Of a DNA stretch of 64,000 nucleotides, positions 25,989-39,865 are shown one piece after another. The position numbers and the translations under genes were made by a program. The notes beneath the pieces were generated by a model. That model was not told the DNA's origin. It saw only the letters and a list, made by a program, of their open reading frames with translations, and did not search any database. The stretch is from assembly GCA_964016885.1 (NCBI GenBank), contig OZ024743.1:79050001-79114000 (forward strand), written 5' to 3'. Positions within the stretch are counted from its first letter, which is position 1; each line of letters opens with the position of its first letter. The stretch comes from Eledone cirrhosa (taxonomy: Eukaryota).

Positions 25989-26506
25989 CGATATCTATTA
26001 GTAGATCTGGTATGGCTTTTATAAATTGAGCAATTATAAATATCACAAAGATCTATAAACTCACCTCCTCACACCTGAGTGATAAAGATGACCTCTTTCT
26101 AATTACGTGGTTTCAGGATCTTTTACCCCAAGTTTACCTCTGACAATTAAGTGAAATTTAACAGCTGAAAGCTGTGTGTACGCCCGCCTTATATCCTAAA
26201 TATATTTTTACAGTTGAACATTACTTTTGTTTGTGTATTGGTACCATTTTATATGGGAGAACGGGGGTGGTAACTTGAATGAGGAGTAGGGGTAGAAGGG
26301 GTGGGGTGGATGGGGGGTAATGAGGAGGAGGCGGAGGAGGAGGGGGAGGAGCAGGGGGAGAAGCAGAAGGAGACGGCGTCCACTATAGAGATATCATATA
26401 GCACAACATACCTGGACCTAGGTTCTGTGTAACTGGTCCATCACCTTCAGTACACATTATAATGTACAAAACTTTATATCTCTACATATAGCAGCGTTAT
26501 TATGTA

Positions 26507-26589
26507 AGCACGATGGCCGAGTGGTTAAGGCGTTGGACTTAAGTTCCAATGGACGAATGTCCGCGTGGGTTCGAACCCCACTCGTGCTA
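26507..26589 (+). tRNA. tRNA-Leu-TAA: tRNA-Leu(TAA), intact
   Basis: Complete cloverleaf: AGCACGA/TCGTGCT+A, GCC/GGC D-arm, TTGGA-CTTAAGT-TCCAA, variable arm GGAC/GTCC, GTGGG-TTCGAAC-CCCAC. Confidence 0.97.
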
Positions 26590-26597
26590 AAAAAATG

Positions 26598-26602
26598 TTT
26601 TT
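26598..26602 (+). terminator. RNA polymerase III terminator (T5)
   Basis: TTTTT starting 9 nt after the tRNA 3' end. Confidence 0.7.
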
Positions 26603-27098
26603 CCTTCATTTTAGCAGATCTTTTATTTGTTTTATGGATTTCTGTCATTACGTCATTACACTGCAACATGCTCCGGCACCACTTTCAACAGAGTTAGTAC
26701 ATTATATTGATCCAAGTACATATCTTCTCATGTATGACAATTTCTTTGTTTATCTTTGTCAAACGGCTATGTTAGGAGACATCACTAAACCCAGAGACGC
26801 ATATATTTAATGTATATATATATGAAGAGCGTACGTATATCTTCCGTCGGTGAAATTCTACTGGTATGGAATTAGTAAAGGTGAGGGTATGATATAAGAC
26901 ACCTGTGGAATTGAGACCCGAGCCACGTAATTCGGATGAGATCGTCTTCATCATAGTTATGACTGCCTCAGCTTATGTTTGTGCTATCATCTATTGCTCA
27001 ATTTATGTAAGTATATTTCTGGAATGGCCAGATCTGTTTATTAGTTAAACCAACCAACATAAATGTTAAATATTTAAATGTGTGTATATATATATATA

Positions 27099-27390
27099 TT
27101 TAGGTTTGTTGGTTCACCACTGGAGATAATTGGTCATTCCGTATGGTCAATCTTGATGTAATATTATGGAGAGTACTCAACGTAGTGCAGTTCACCCGTC
27201 TTCGTTTGTGTAGTTGGTTGTGCTAATACGGAGTTAATTATTACAAATAAAATAACAGGAGGCTGGACTGGTGTAAATCCTTGAAAAGTTTATTATACTA
27301 TGATCATTTCAACGACCGGGTTCCGTATGAATCCAGTGATATCATCAGGTATTCGAAATATAACAAAGGAATATATAAAATCCATGGGTC
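27099..27390 (-). mobile_element. Penelope-like terminal repeat relic containing a hammerhead; second copy at 53504-53791
   Basis: Two highly similar dispersed copies, both starting at (TA)n; hammerhead followed by AATAAA. Confidence 0.7.
27295..27352 (-). ncRNA. Type I hammerhead ribozyme fold
   Basis: atac-CTGATGA-tatcactggattcatacggaacccggtcgtt-GAAA-tgatca-TA-gtat; palindromic stem III ATGATCAT; AUA site. Confidence 0.65.
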
Positions 27391-28583
27391 CGAAAATCAG
27401 AGACAGAGAGGACGACTGACCAACTAGCTGCTTTCACCTCGGTCAGTTGCCCTCAAGTGATGGCAACTCGGTCTACTAATGACCATCTGGTGAGGGGGCG
27501 AAGGCTTATAATGTACTACCACCTCTCCGAATAAAAAAAGAAAGAAAGAAAGAAGAAAAGTCAGCATAAGGGTCACACTACAGCATGCTAGAGGACGCCG
27601 CGAAAAATGTTATTCCAAAGAACCCATATTTTAACAAAGGCATATATATGGGTGTCTGTATGGTCTAATGTGTGAACAGAAAATTAGAACATTAACTTAT
27701 GTTAAGAGTTATAGGATAAAATTAAATTATTAGAAAATTAATAGAAAATTAAAGGTTTGTGTTGCTAGATTTATTTAATGAAATTACAGAGAGAGTCTTA
27801 TATGAAAAAGTTTAAGTGTATTATAGGGAATCTGTCAAACCATATATCAATCTCCGTTTTATTGTTGGTAGGGTTTTAGACCCACAGCTCACTTGTATCT
27901 AAATCTCTCATAATTGCACTTAAAGTGTAGATTTCAAAATCTGACTCTAAGTACATTTTATTATTTATCCCTTCATCTAAGTTAATTCATTCCTTGACTA
28001 CTACCTCTAATGTACCCTATGGTAGATTTCGCATGTCACTTCATACATCTGTATCATCTCTGTTTGTTTACCATGCTAGTTTTATCATTATATTCTATTT
28101 CTTACTTGTATTGATGTTATTGTTTTAATTATTCACTATCTAGATATTTTGCTACTGATGTTATTGTTCTGGTCTAACACCACTCTCCTATAAAAGCCAT
28201 GCCTTGTGTATCATCCTCATATCCACGTACTCTGATATATTGACTGGTTGTAAACAAAGTATTGGAGATCGATTGACGCAACATCAAGTGATTAGCGAGC
28301 TCTAGACCGACCAGATCAACGAAACAATTGTCAGCACTGTGAATAAAGCCCTGATTGTACACTCAACCATGTTACTCTTCTTTCTTGAATTATTATTACT
28401 CCAAGTATAACCTACATAGAAATCACCGCGAACTCACTGCATCACTATGGAAACGTCTTGTTGAGTCAAACTTAGCCATATGTTAAAACCATCCACAACA
28501 CGGAGTACTCTAACTGGACTACCTCTAAGTGGATTACCTACAACCATAACTTGTTATCCCGTATATATATATATATATATATA

Positions 28584-28730
28584 ATTATTTCTGAAGACGG
28601 CATATGTATGTGTTGGTATGTATATTATATTTGATAATTTGTATAATTTTGTATAATTTTGTACATAGATCTGTTGAATATGCATACCAATTCTAACACA
28701 TATATGTCCTAGAAACGATCGTTAAATAAT
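28584..28730 (+). ncRNA. Type I hammerhead ribozyme fold with very long stem II
   Basis: attattt-CTGAAGA-[~114-nt hairpin]-GAAA-cgatcg-TT-aaataat; 7-bp stem I; palindrome ACGATCGT. Confidence 0.65.
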
Positions 28731-29222
28731 GAACTTTTTTTGTTTAATATAAGGAACTGTTTCATTGTTTTATTCATTATTTTTTTAACATTTTATCTTG
28801 ACTCTGTATTCCGTTTATCTTTCACCGAAAGTGATTTTTGAATGCATCTCTTCTTTCCATGATATCCGGATTATATTGAGTTCTTCATACGGATTGGACA
28901 CTACCGTAAACTCTTGGTAGATTTATCTACATATATATATATATATATAGTAATAATAATAGAGGTAAAGACTAAAATCCAACGAAGGCTCGATAAGGAT
29001 AAATATATATCAAATATATAAGAACCCTAGAGCAAATATTTATTAAAAGGACAGATTAAAGTTCAAGGGTGAAAGCAGCGATTTTTTGCTTAAACTTTAA
29101 TCTAAAACTTTAATATAAATATATACATACACATATATATATATATAATGTACATTATATGTGCATATATAAATATGAATTATATATATGTATAAATGTA
29201 CATTATATATGTACATGTATAT

Positions 29223-29264
<42 letters not shown>

Positions 29265-29518
29265 GTGTGTGTGTGTCTCGTATATTATGGCTGCTTAGTG
29301 AAGAATAAGCGCCCATATAGGGATTAATGCATCAGATTCTGTCACTAGGCTCTGAGTTGAAACCCCGCCGTGGTGAACTTAGCCATTGATGCTCTCGGAG
29401 GTCGATCCACGAAGTACCAGTTCAGGGGCGATGGATTGGCAGACTTGTTAAAGTAAAGATGCTTTCTGTTATCTGATCTGACTCTGTGAACTCTGAGTTC
29501 AAATCCTGTCTTCTTCTG

Positions 29519-30120
29519 TCAGGTGTTGCGACATGTAAATATTATCAGGTGTTGCGACTTGTAGATATTATCAGGTGTTGCGACATGTAGATATTATCAG
29601 GTGTTGCGACTTGTAGATATTATCAGGTGTTGCGACATGTAGATATTATCAGGTGTTGCGACATGTAGATATTATCAGGTGTTGCGACATGTAGATATTA
29701 TCAGGTGTTGCGACTTGTAGATATTATCAGGTGTTGCGACATGTAGATATTATCAGGTGTTGCGACTTGTAGATATTATCAGGTGTTGCGACATGTAGAT
29801 ATTATCAGGTGTTGCGACTTGTAGATATTATCAGGTGTTGCGACATGTAGATATTATCAGGTGTTGCGACATGTAGATATTATCAGGTGTTGCGACATGT
29901 AGATATTATCAGGTGTTGCGACATGTAGATATTATCAGGTGTTGCGACTTGTAGATATTATCAGGTGTTGCGACATGTAGATATTATCAGGTGTTGCGAC
30001 ATTTAGATATTATCAGGTGTTGCGACATGTAGATATTATCAGGTGTTGCGACTTGTAGATATTATCAGGTGTTGCGACATGTAGATATTATCAGGTGTTG
30101 CGACATGTAGATATTATCAG
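29519..30120. repeat. 26-bp minisatellite, ~23 copies
   Basis: caggtgttgcgac(a/t)tgtagatattat. Confidence 0.95.
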
Positions 30121-30719
30121 CAAAAACCAATTGCTACACAATTTCCTCGGTCTGATCTCATGATCAGTTCCTTTCTATCCCTTTTTACCTTCTGACTTCA
30201 GATTCCACTCAAGTCAACTTTGCCTTTAATCCTTCCGCGCTTGATAAAATAAAATACCAGTGATGCATTGGGGTCGATTTAATGGAATTTCCTCTCCTCA
30301 TCATTTTATTCATCTACCTCTTTATGTATATAAAATATGTTGTTTAGCCCAAAGTCCGCTCTCATGAGGCTGATCAATGATCAAAGCTATTCTAGACGTG
30401 GCCCTTCTATCTTTTTCTGAGGTGCAAGGAAGCTGGGGCAGATTATTGTGTTCTTTTTACGAAGGGTGGGGGGCATAGTTGAGGGGATTTTGTTTATATT
30501 TTTAGCATGTCGAGTGACCATAGAAACTGTCTTCCTGGTTCAATAAAGTGAAATCGATAAAGAGAGCCTTTGATAATTATTTAATTACATCTCATTATAG
30601 AGATTGGGACGAGTCTTTGATCTGTTTCTCTGATCGATAACATAATTAGATTTGAGGAGAAGGAAAGAACGGTTGGAGTCGATCAAATAAATCAATAATT
30701 GATTGTGTGACCATCTTTT

Positions 30720-31165
30720 AAGGGTGGAGGGTTGGCAGAACCGTTAAGATGTCGGACAATATGCTTTGTGACATGGAGTTACGGCCCTTTACGTTCGTAT
30801 CCAGTCGAGGTTAGCTACGCCTTTCATCCTTGCGGGGTCGATAAAACAAAGTCCCAGTAATGTACTGGTGTCGATTTAATCGAATTTCCCCTCCATCCCT
30901 CGAAATTATTGGCCTTGTGCCTAAATCAGAAACCATGAAGATAAGGGTGGAGGATTGGCAGAACCGTTAGGGTGGAGGACAAGAGGCTTTATATGAGTGG
31001 TATTTGTTCCTGATCTTTACGTTTTGGGTTCAATCCCGCCGAGATCAACTGTGACTTTCGTCCTTCCGGGATCAATTAAAGTAAAGTACCAGTTCGTACT
31101 GGGGTTGATTTACATCGGCTTGTCCTGCCCTTAAATTGCTGTCATTTTGCCTAAATTAGAAATGA
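30720..31165 (+). mobile_element. Two tandem, diverged copies of the tRNA-derived SINE
   Basis: gggtggaggattggcagaaccgtta heads and cctttcatcctt..gggtcgataaa cores. Confidence 0.7.
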
Positions 31166-31400
31166 TTAAGGTGATGGTGGTGAAGAATATTCCAGAAGGC
31201 GAGGCTAAACTGCTCTCGGGCCTGGAGTGGGGATGGTCTCTCTGTTATAAAGTTTCTTCGAACGATCTGGGACGAGCATCGCAATTCCTACTTCTATATA
31301 ATACCGGAGCAATTGGGAGGTAGGTATATGCTACTCCCAGCCGGTTATACATATATAAAACGTAGGCTGGGATTTAGTTGCCATTGCTTTCTCGTTAGCT

Positions 31401-31441
<41 letters not shown>

Positions 31442-32944
31442 ATAATAATAAATTTGAAGACTAAAATCTAAAGAGGGCTCGATAAGGATAAATATATATA
31501 TATATATATTGTTATACTTGGGGAGGGCCATATTGTTTTAATAATATTACCAGAAATAATAACAGAACACTTTTACTTGGGGAGGGTCAACAATATGACC
31601 CTCCCAAAGTATAACAATATTTGTTTCGACCCACGATTTCATATAAAAAACTTGCAAAACAAATATATATATATATATAAGTATGTGGTTGACGGCTAAG
31701 AGAAAAGATTATTCAATAGCGAAATAGAGTTTTATCATTCATTATCCCGTCGAGGTTAACTTTGCCTTTCATCCTTACGGGGTCAATAAAATAAAGTACC
31801 AGTAATATACTGGGTAATTGCTGGCCTTGTGCCAAAAGTAGAAACAATTATATTAAGGCTTAATAGTGAGTCTTGTTTCGCCTGCTTATCACAAGGTCCT
31901 CAGATGACCCATGCTTTGGGAGTGACATAGAATAGATGGAAGCTGTTTGGAACCCAGTCGGATGGGCTACACCTGCAATTCAAACGCCCACCTTGTCACA
32001 TATTGTATCTCGTAGCTAGTCATGTTAAGGGTACACTTGTTTGTGGAATGTTCAGTTCCGTGACTTTCATGAGCAGGCAGTTCCGTTAATCGAACAACTA
32101 AGACACTCGTCGTCGAAACAGGTGGAGCTCCAATACAGTTATATTGTACCACATAATTGTTAGTTATTTAGGCCGAGATCAAAGCAACAAAGCCACTTTT
32201 GCACACTTCTCTGTCTAACATTACTATCTTCCGTCCCAGGACAGTCCTTCATGTGTGTCACATGATGCCCACCACACTTTCTGATCTGGTCTCATGGATC
32301 CCACAGGACTAACTTTGACACCTTTTCAGGATCTTCTCACTCATTCTTGAATTGTTTCCAATCAAGTATTTGTTTGTCGTGGACTGAAGGACATTTACAT
32401 TGCTAACATTGCTTAAATTTAAATTGAAGGGAATGTCGTGAAATATATTACTAACACTATATAAAGTTAAATTGAATAACATTTTGTGAAATTTACTAAC
32501 ACTATATAAAGTTAAATTGAATAACATTTTGTGAAATTTACTACAGACACTCTATAATGTTAAATTACATATATATTGGTGAAAATACCATTAATACTGT
32601 AAAGTTGTATTGAAAGATATTTTGTGAAAATTGTATTATATATTATATAACATTAAGTTTGAATAACCTTTAGAATTGAGGTAATACTTGGTGTGATTAA
32701 TTTAAAATGTAGAATTAAGCATAGAAACACCCTGTAGATAACGTGAAGCCTTTTGTAATAGAGCTCCATATTTACATACTTTTGATGTTTTAGGTCAGAC
32801 ATTGTCTCTCCTAACCCACCAATATGTTTAGAAGACACATATAAAGGTCAACATTAAATGTAATTATGGGAACATGCGATATTATGGAAGGGATGAGACA
32901 TAGAAGTGCGTTTGATTCTTATTTAACATTATCCTCTTATTACA

Positions 32945-33108
32945 GACAGGCATGGCTGTGTGGTTAGGGAGTTCGGTGCACATTCCTGTGGCTTCGGGTT
33001 CAGTTCTACTGTATAATACCTAGGACAACACTCTTCTACTTTACGCACGAACAGACCAATGACTCACGAGGGACACTTTGTACTCGGAGACTATGTGGAA
33101 GCCCGTCA
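32945..33108 (+). mobile_element. Older tRNA-derived SINE (second family), decayed; related pieces at ~31880-32140, 52125-52220, 59575-59755
   Basis: ggcatggctgtgtggttag..cgggttcagttc..tcttctact..gaagcccgtc resembles an abundant octopus SINE consensus (from memory). Confidence 0.55.
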
Positions 33109-33328
33109 TTTGTTAAGTTTTGTCAGCAAAACGAAATTAAAGAAATGAATGAATAAAAAGTTAAATACCATACTACGTGTCAACTATCACGTATCAACTA
33201 TCGCGTGTCGACTATCACGTGTCTAGTTTTATGCAGAACTGTCATATCTCAAATATATTCTTCAGAGCGAAATACTTAGTAAAGTTGAGCAGATATGACT
33301 TAATTTCATAAAACAATTTGAGATTTCA

Positions 33329-36300
33329 GTGGCACACCTAGAGATTATTGGTGACACACTAGTATTGTGGCACACCTAGAGATTATTGGTGACACACTAG
33401 TGTTGTGGCACACCTAGAGATTATTGGTGACACACTAGTATTGTGGCACACCTAGAGATTATTGGTGACACACTAGTATTGTGGCACACCTAGAGATTAT
33501 TGGTGACACACTAGTGTTGTGGCACACCTAGAGATTATTGGTGACACACTAGTATTGTGGCACACCTAGAGATTATTGGTGACACACTAGTATTGTGGCA
33601 CACCTAGAGATTATTGGTGACACACTAGTATTGTGGCACACCTAGAGATTATTGGTGACACACTAGTATTGTGGCACACCTAGAGATTATTGGTGACACT
33701 AGTGTTATGGCAGACCTAGAGATTATTGGTGACACACTAGTGTTGTGGCACACCTAGAGATTATTGGTGACACACTAGTGTTGTGGCACACCTAGAGATT
33801 ATTGGTGACACACTAGTATTGTGGCACACCTAGAGATTATTGGTGACACTAGTGTTATGGCAGACCTAGAGATTATTGGTGACAAACTAGTGTTGTGGCA
33901 CACCTAGAGATTATTGGTGACACACTAGAATTGTGGCACACCTAGAGATTATTGGTGACACACTAGTATTGTGGCACACCTAGAGATTATTGGTGACACT
34001 AGTGTTATGGCAGACCTAGAGATTATTGGTGACACACTAGTGTTGTGGCACACCTAGAGATTATTGGTGACACACTAGTATTGTGGCACACCTAGAGATT
34101 ATTGGTGACACACTAGTGTTGTGGCACACCTAGAGATTATTGGTGCCACTAGTGTTGTGGGAGACCTAGAGATTAGTGGTGACACACTAGTGTTGTGGCA
34201 CACCTAGAGATTATTGGTGACACACTAGTGTTGTGGCACACCTAGAGAATATTGGTGACACTAGTATTGTGGCACACCTAGAGATTATGGTGACACACTA
34301 GTTTTGTGGCACAACTAGAGATTATTGATGACACACTAGTGTTGTGGCACACCTAGAGAATATTGGTGACACTAGTGTCGTGGCACACCTAGAGATTATT
34401 GGTAACACACTAGTGTTGTGGCACACCTAGAGAATATTGGTGACACTAGTATTGTGGCACACCTAGAGATTATGGTGACACACTAGTTTTGTGGCACACC
34501 TAGAGATTATTGTGACACACTAGTGTTGTGGCACACCTAGAGATTATTGTGACATCACTAGTGTTGTGCACACCTAGAGATTATTGTTACATACTAGTGT
34601 TGTGGCACACCTAGAATTATTGGTGACACACTAGTGTTGTGGCACACCTAGAGAATATTGGTGACACTAGTATTGTGGCACACCTAGAGATTATGGTGAC
34701 ACACTAGTTTTGTGGCACACCTAGAGATTATTGTGACACACTAGTGTTGTTGCACACCTAGAGATTATTGTGACACACTAGTGTTGTGCACACCTAGAGA
34801 TTATTGTGACATACTGGTGTTGTGGCACACCTAGAGATTATTGGTGACACACTAGTGTTGTGGCACACCTAGAGATTATTGGTGACACACTAGTGTTGTG
34901 GCACACCTAGAGATTATTGGTGACACAGTAGTGCCGTGGAACACCTAGAGATTACTGGTGACACACAAGTGTTGTGGCACACCTAGAGATTAGTGCTGTC
35001 ACACTTGTGTCGTGGCACACCTAGAGATTAGTGGTGACACACTAGTGTCGTATCACACTTAGAGATTATTGGTGACACACTAGTGTTATGGCACACCTAG
35101 AGATTTTTGGTGACACACTTGTGTCGTGGCACACCTAGAGATTATTGGTGGCACACTAGTATTGTGGCACACCTAGAGATTATTGGTGACAAACTAGTGT
35201 TGTGGCACACCTAGAGATTATTGGTGCCACTAGTGTTGTGGGAGACCTAGAGATTAGTGGTGACACACTAGTGTTGTGGCACACCTAGAGATTATTGGTG
35301 ACACACTAGTGTTGTGGCACACCTAGAGAATATTAGTGACACTAGTATTGTGGCACACCTAGAGATTATGGTGACACACTAGTTTTGTGGCACAACTAGA
35401 GATTATTGATGAGACACTAGTGTTGTGGCACACCTAGAGAATATTGGTGACACTAGTGTCGTGGCACACCTAGAGATTATTGGTGACACACTAGTGTTGT
35501 GGCACACCTAGAGAATATTGGTGACACTAGTATTGTGGCACACCTAGAGATTATGGTGACACACTAGTTTTGTGGCACACCTAGAGATTATTGTGAAACA
35601 CTAGTGTTGTGGCACACCTAGAGATTATTGTGACACACTAGTGTTGTGCACACCTAGAGATTATTGTTACATACTAGTGTTGTGGCACACCTAGAGATTA
35701 TTGGTGACACACTAGTGTTGTGACACACCTAGAGAATATTGGTGACACTAGTGTCGTGGCACACCTAGAGATTATTGGTGACACACTAGTGTTGTGGCAC
35801 ACAGAGAATATTGGTGACACTAGTATTGTGGCACACCTAGAGATTATGGTGACACACTAGTTTTGTGGCACACCTAGAGATTATTGTGACACACTAGTGT
35901 TGTGGCACACCTAGAGATTATTGTGACACACTAGTGTTGTGCACACCTAGAGATTATTGTTACATACTAGTGTTGTGGCACACCTAGAGATTATTGGTGA
36001 CACACTAGTGTTGTGGCACACCTAGAGAATATTGGTGACACTAGTATTGTGGCACACCTAGAGATTATGGTGACACACTAGTTTTGTGGCACACCTAGAG
36101 ATTATTGTGACACACTAGTGTTGTGGCACACCTAGAGATTATTGTGACACACTAGTGTTGTGCACACCTAGAGATTATTGTGACATACTGGTGTTGTGGC
36201 ACACCTAGAGATTATTGGTGACACACTAGTGTTGTGGCACACCTAGAGATTATTGGTGACACACTAGTGTTGTGGCACACCTAGAGATTATTGGTGACAC

Positions 36301-39300
36301 AGTAGTGCCGTGGAACACCTAGAGATTACTGGTGACACACAAGTGTTGTGGCACACCTAGAGATTAGTGCTGTCACACTTGTGTCGTGGCACACCTAGAG
36401 ATTAGTGCTGACACACTAGTCTCCTGGCACACATAGAGATTATTGGTGACACACTAGTGTAGTGGCACACGCAGAGATTAGTGGTGACACACTAGTGTCG
36501 TGGCACACCTAGAGATTAGTGGTGACACACTAGTGTCGTATCACACTTAGAGATTATTGGTGACACACTAGTGTTATGGCACACCTAGAGATTATTGGTG
36601 ACACACTTGTGTCGTGGCACACTTAGAGATTATTGGTGACACACTAGTGTTGTGGCACACCTAGAGATTATTGGTGACAGACTAGTATCGTGGCACACCT
36701 AGAGATTATTGGTGAAACACTAGTGTTGTGGCACTCCTAGAGATTATTGGTGACACACTAGAGTTGTGGCACATCTAGAAATTAGTGATGACACACTAAT
36801 GTTGTGGCACACCTAGAGATTATTGGTAACACACTAGTGTCGTGGCACACCTAGAGATTATTGGTGACACACCAATGTTGTAGCACACTAGTGTTGTGAC
36901 ACTCCTAGAGATAAGTGGTGACACACTAGTGTTGTGACACACTAGTGTTGTGACAAACTTATAGGTTATTGGTGACAAACTAGTGTCGTGGCACACCTAG
37001 AGATTATTGGTGACAAACTAGTGTCGTGGCACACCTAGAGATTATTGGTGACACACTAGTGTTGTGGCACACCTAGAGATTATTGGTGACACACTAGTTT
37101 CGTGGCATACCTAGAGATTATTGGTGACACGCCAGAGTTGTGGCACACCTAAAAATTAGTGGTGACACACTAGTGTTGTGGCACAGCTAGACATTATTGG
37201 TGACACATTAGTGTCATGGCACACCTAGAGATTACTGGTGACACAAAAGTGTTGATGCACACCTAGAGATTAGTGCTGTCACACTAGTGTCGTGGCACAC
37301 CTAGAGATTACTGGTGACACACAAGTGTTGTGGCACACCTAGAGATTAGTGCTGCCACACTAGTTTCCTGGCACACCTAGAGATTATTGGTGACACACTA
37401 GTGTAGTGGCACACCCCCAGATTAGTGGTGACACACCTAGTGTAGTGGCACAGCTAGAGATTATTGGTGACACACTTGTGTCGTGGCACACCTAGAGATT
37501 ATTGGTGACACTCTAGTGTTGTGGCACAACTAGAGATTATTGGTGACAGACTAGTGTTGGGGCTCACCTAGAGATTATTGGTGACACACCAGTGTTGTGG
37601 CACACTAATAGGTTATTGGTGACACAATAGTGTTGTGGCATATCTAGAATACAGTGGTGACACACTAGTGTTGTGACACACCTAGAGATTAGTAGTGACA
37701 CACTAGTGGTGTGACACACCTAGAGTTTATTGGTGACACACTAGTGTTGTGGCACACCTAGAGATTAGTAGTGACACACTAGTGTTGTGACACACCTAGA
37801 GATTATTGGTGACACATTAGTGTCGTCGTACACCTAGAGATTATTGGTGATACACTAGTGTCGTCGTACACCTAGAGATTATTGGTGACACACTAGTGTT
37901 GTGACACACCTAGAGATTATTGGTGACACATTAGTGTCGTCGTACACCTAGAGATTATTGGTGATACACTAGTGTCGTCGTACACCTAGTGATTATTGGT
38001 GATACACTAGTGTCGTCGTACACCTAGAGATTATTGGTGACACACTAGTGTTGTGACACACCTAGAGATTATTGGTGACACACTAGTGTTGTGACACACC
38101 TAGAGATTATTGGTGACACACTAGTGTTGTGGTACAGCTAGAGATTATTGGTGACACACTAATGTTGTGGCACACCTAGAGATTATTGGTGACACACTAG
38201 TGTCGTGGCAGTTCTAGAGATTAGTGGTGACACACCTAGAGATTATTGGTAACACACTAGTGTCGTGAAACTCCTAGAGATTATTGGTGACACACCAGTG
38301 TTGTGGCACACTAGTGTTGTGACACTCCTAGAGATAGGTGGTGACACACTAGTGTTGTGACACACTTATAGGTTATTGGTGACACACTAGTGTTGTGGCA
38401 CATCTAGAGATTAGTGGTGACACACTAGTGTTGTGACAAACCTAGAGTTTAGTCGTGACTCACTAGTGTTGTGGCACACCTAGAGATTATTGGTGACACA
38501 CTAGTGTTGTGACACACCTAGCGATTGGCAGTGACACACTAGTGTTGTGGCACACCTAGAGATTATTGGTGACACACTAGTCTCGTGACACACCTAGAGA
38601 TTATTGGTGACACACTAGTGTTGTGGCACACCTAGAGATTATTGGTGACACACTTGTGTCGTGACACACCTAGAGATTATTGGTGACACACTAGTCTCGT
38701 GACACACCTAGAGATTATTGGTGACACACTAGTGTTTTGGCCCACCTAGAGATTATCGGTGACACACTAGTCTCGTGACACACCTAGAGATTATTGGTGA
38801 CATACTAGTGTTGTGACACACCTAGAGATTATTGATGACACACTAGTATTGTGACACACCTAGAGATTATTGGTGACACACTAGTTTTGTGACACACCTA
38901 GAGATTATTGGTGACACACTAGTGTTTTGGCCCACCTAGAGATTATTGGTGACACACTAGTCTCGTGACACACCTAGAGTTTAGTGGTGACACACTAGTG
39001 TTGTGGCACACCTAGAGATTATTGGTAACACACTAGTGTCGTGGCACACCTAGAGATTATTGGTGACACACCAATGTTGTAGCACACTAGTGTTGTGACA
39101 CTCCTAGAGATAAGTGGTGACACACTAGTGTTGTGACACACTAGTGTTGTGACACACTTATAGGTTATTGGTGACACACTAGTGTTGTGGCACATCTAGA
39201 GATTAATGGTGACACACTAGTGTTGTGGCACACCTAGAGATTAGTGGTGACACACTAGTGTTGTGGCACACCTAAAGATTAGTGGTGACACACTAGTGTT

Positions 39301-39505
39301 GTGGCCCACCTAGAGATTAGTGGTGACACACTAGTGTTGTGGAACACCTAGAGATTAGTGGTGACACACTAGTGTTGTGACACACAGGTTATTGGTGATA
39401 CAGTAATGTGCTGTGACAATCTAGACATTATTGGTGACAGAGTAGAATATTGTGACACACCTGGAGATTATTGGTGACACACTAAACAGGTGTGACACAG
39501 TTTGG
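33329..39505. repeat. 38-bp satellite, ~160 copies
   Basis: Monomer gtggcacacctagagattattggtgacacactagtgtt containing the palindrome acactagtgt. Confidence 0.97.
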
Positions 39506-39529
39506 AAGCTTCTAATCTAAATCGTTTAT

Positions 39530-39827
39530 TCTTCCTCCTCCTTCTCCTCCTCTTCCCCCTTTCCTCCTCCGTCTACCAGTACCATCACCACCACCACCAC
39601 CACTACCACCACCACCACCACCACCACCACTACCACCACCACCATGTCAATATGTCAACTATTTCTCCACCTTTCAAGTATTAAAAATCAATAGATTTAA
39701 CTTTGTTATATCTATTGATTTTTGCTTTGATGGAGGAAATGTCAATTTTTGTTGTTGTTGCTGTTGTTGTTGTTGCTGCTGTTGGTGTTGTTGTTGCTGC
39801 TGCTGCTGTTGATTTTGTTGTTGTTGC

Positions 39828-39864
<37 letters not shown>

Positions 39865-39865
39865 G
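39530..39865. repeat. (CCT)n, (CAC)n and (GTT)n microsatellites
   Basis: Direct reading. Confidence 0.9.

Noticed and set aside
26290-26375. G-rich purine tract upstream of the intact tRNA as a regulatory G-quadruplex
   Set aside because: Not distinguishable from the simple repeats that are abundant in this window
33329-39505. CRISPR-like appearance of the 26-, 38-, 49-, 55- and 75-bp arrays
   Set aside because: Head-to-tail monomers with no unique spacers, no cas genes, eukaryotic context
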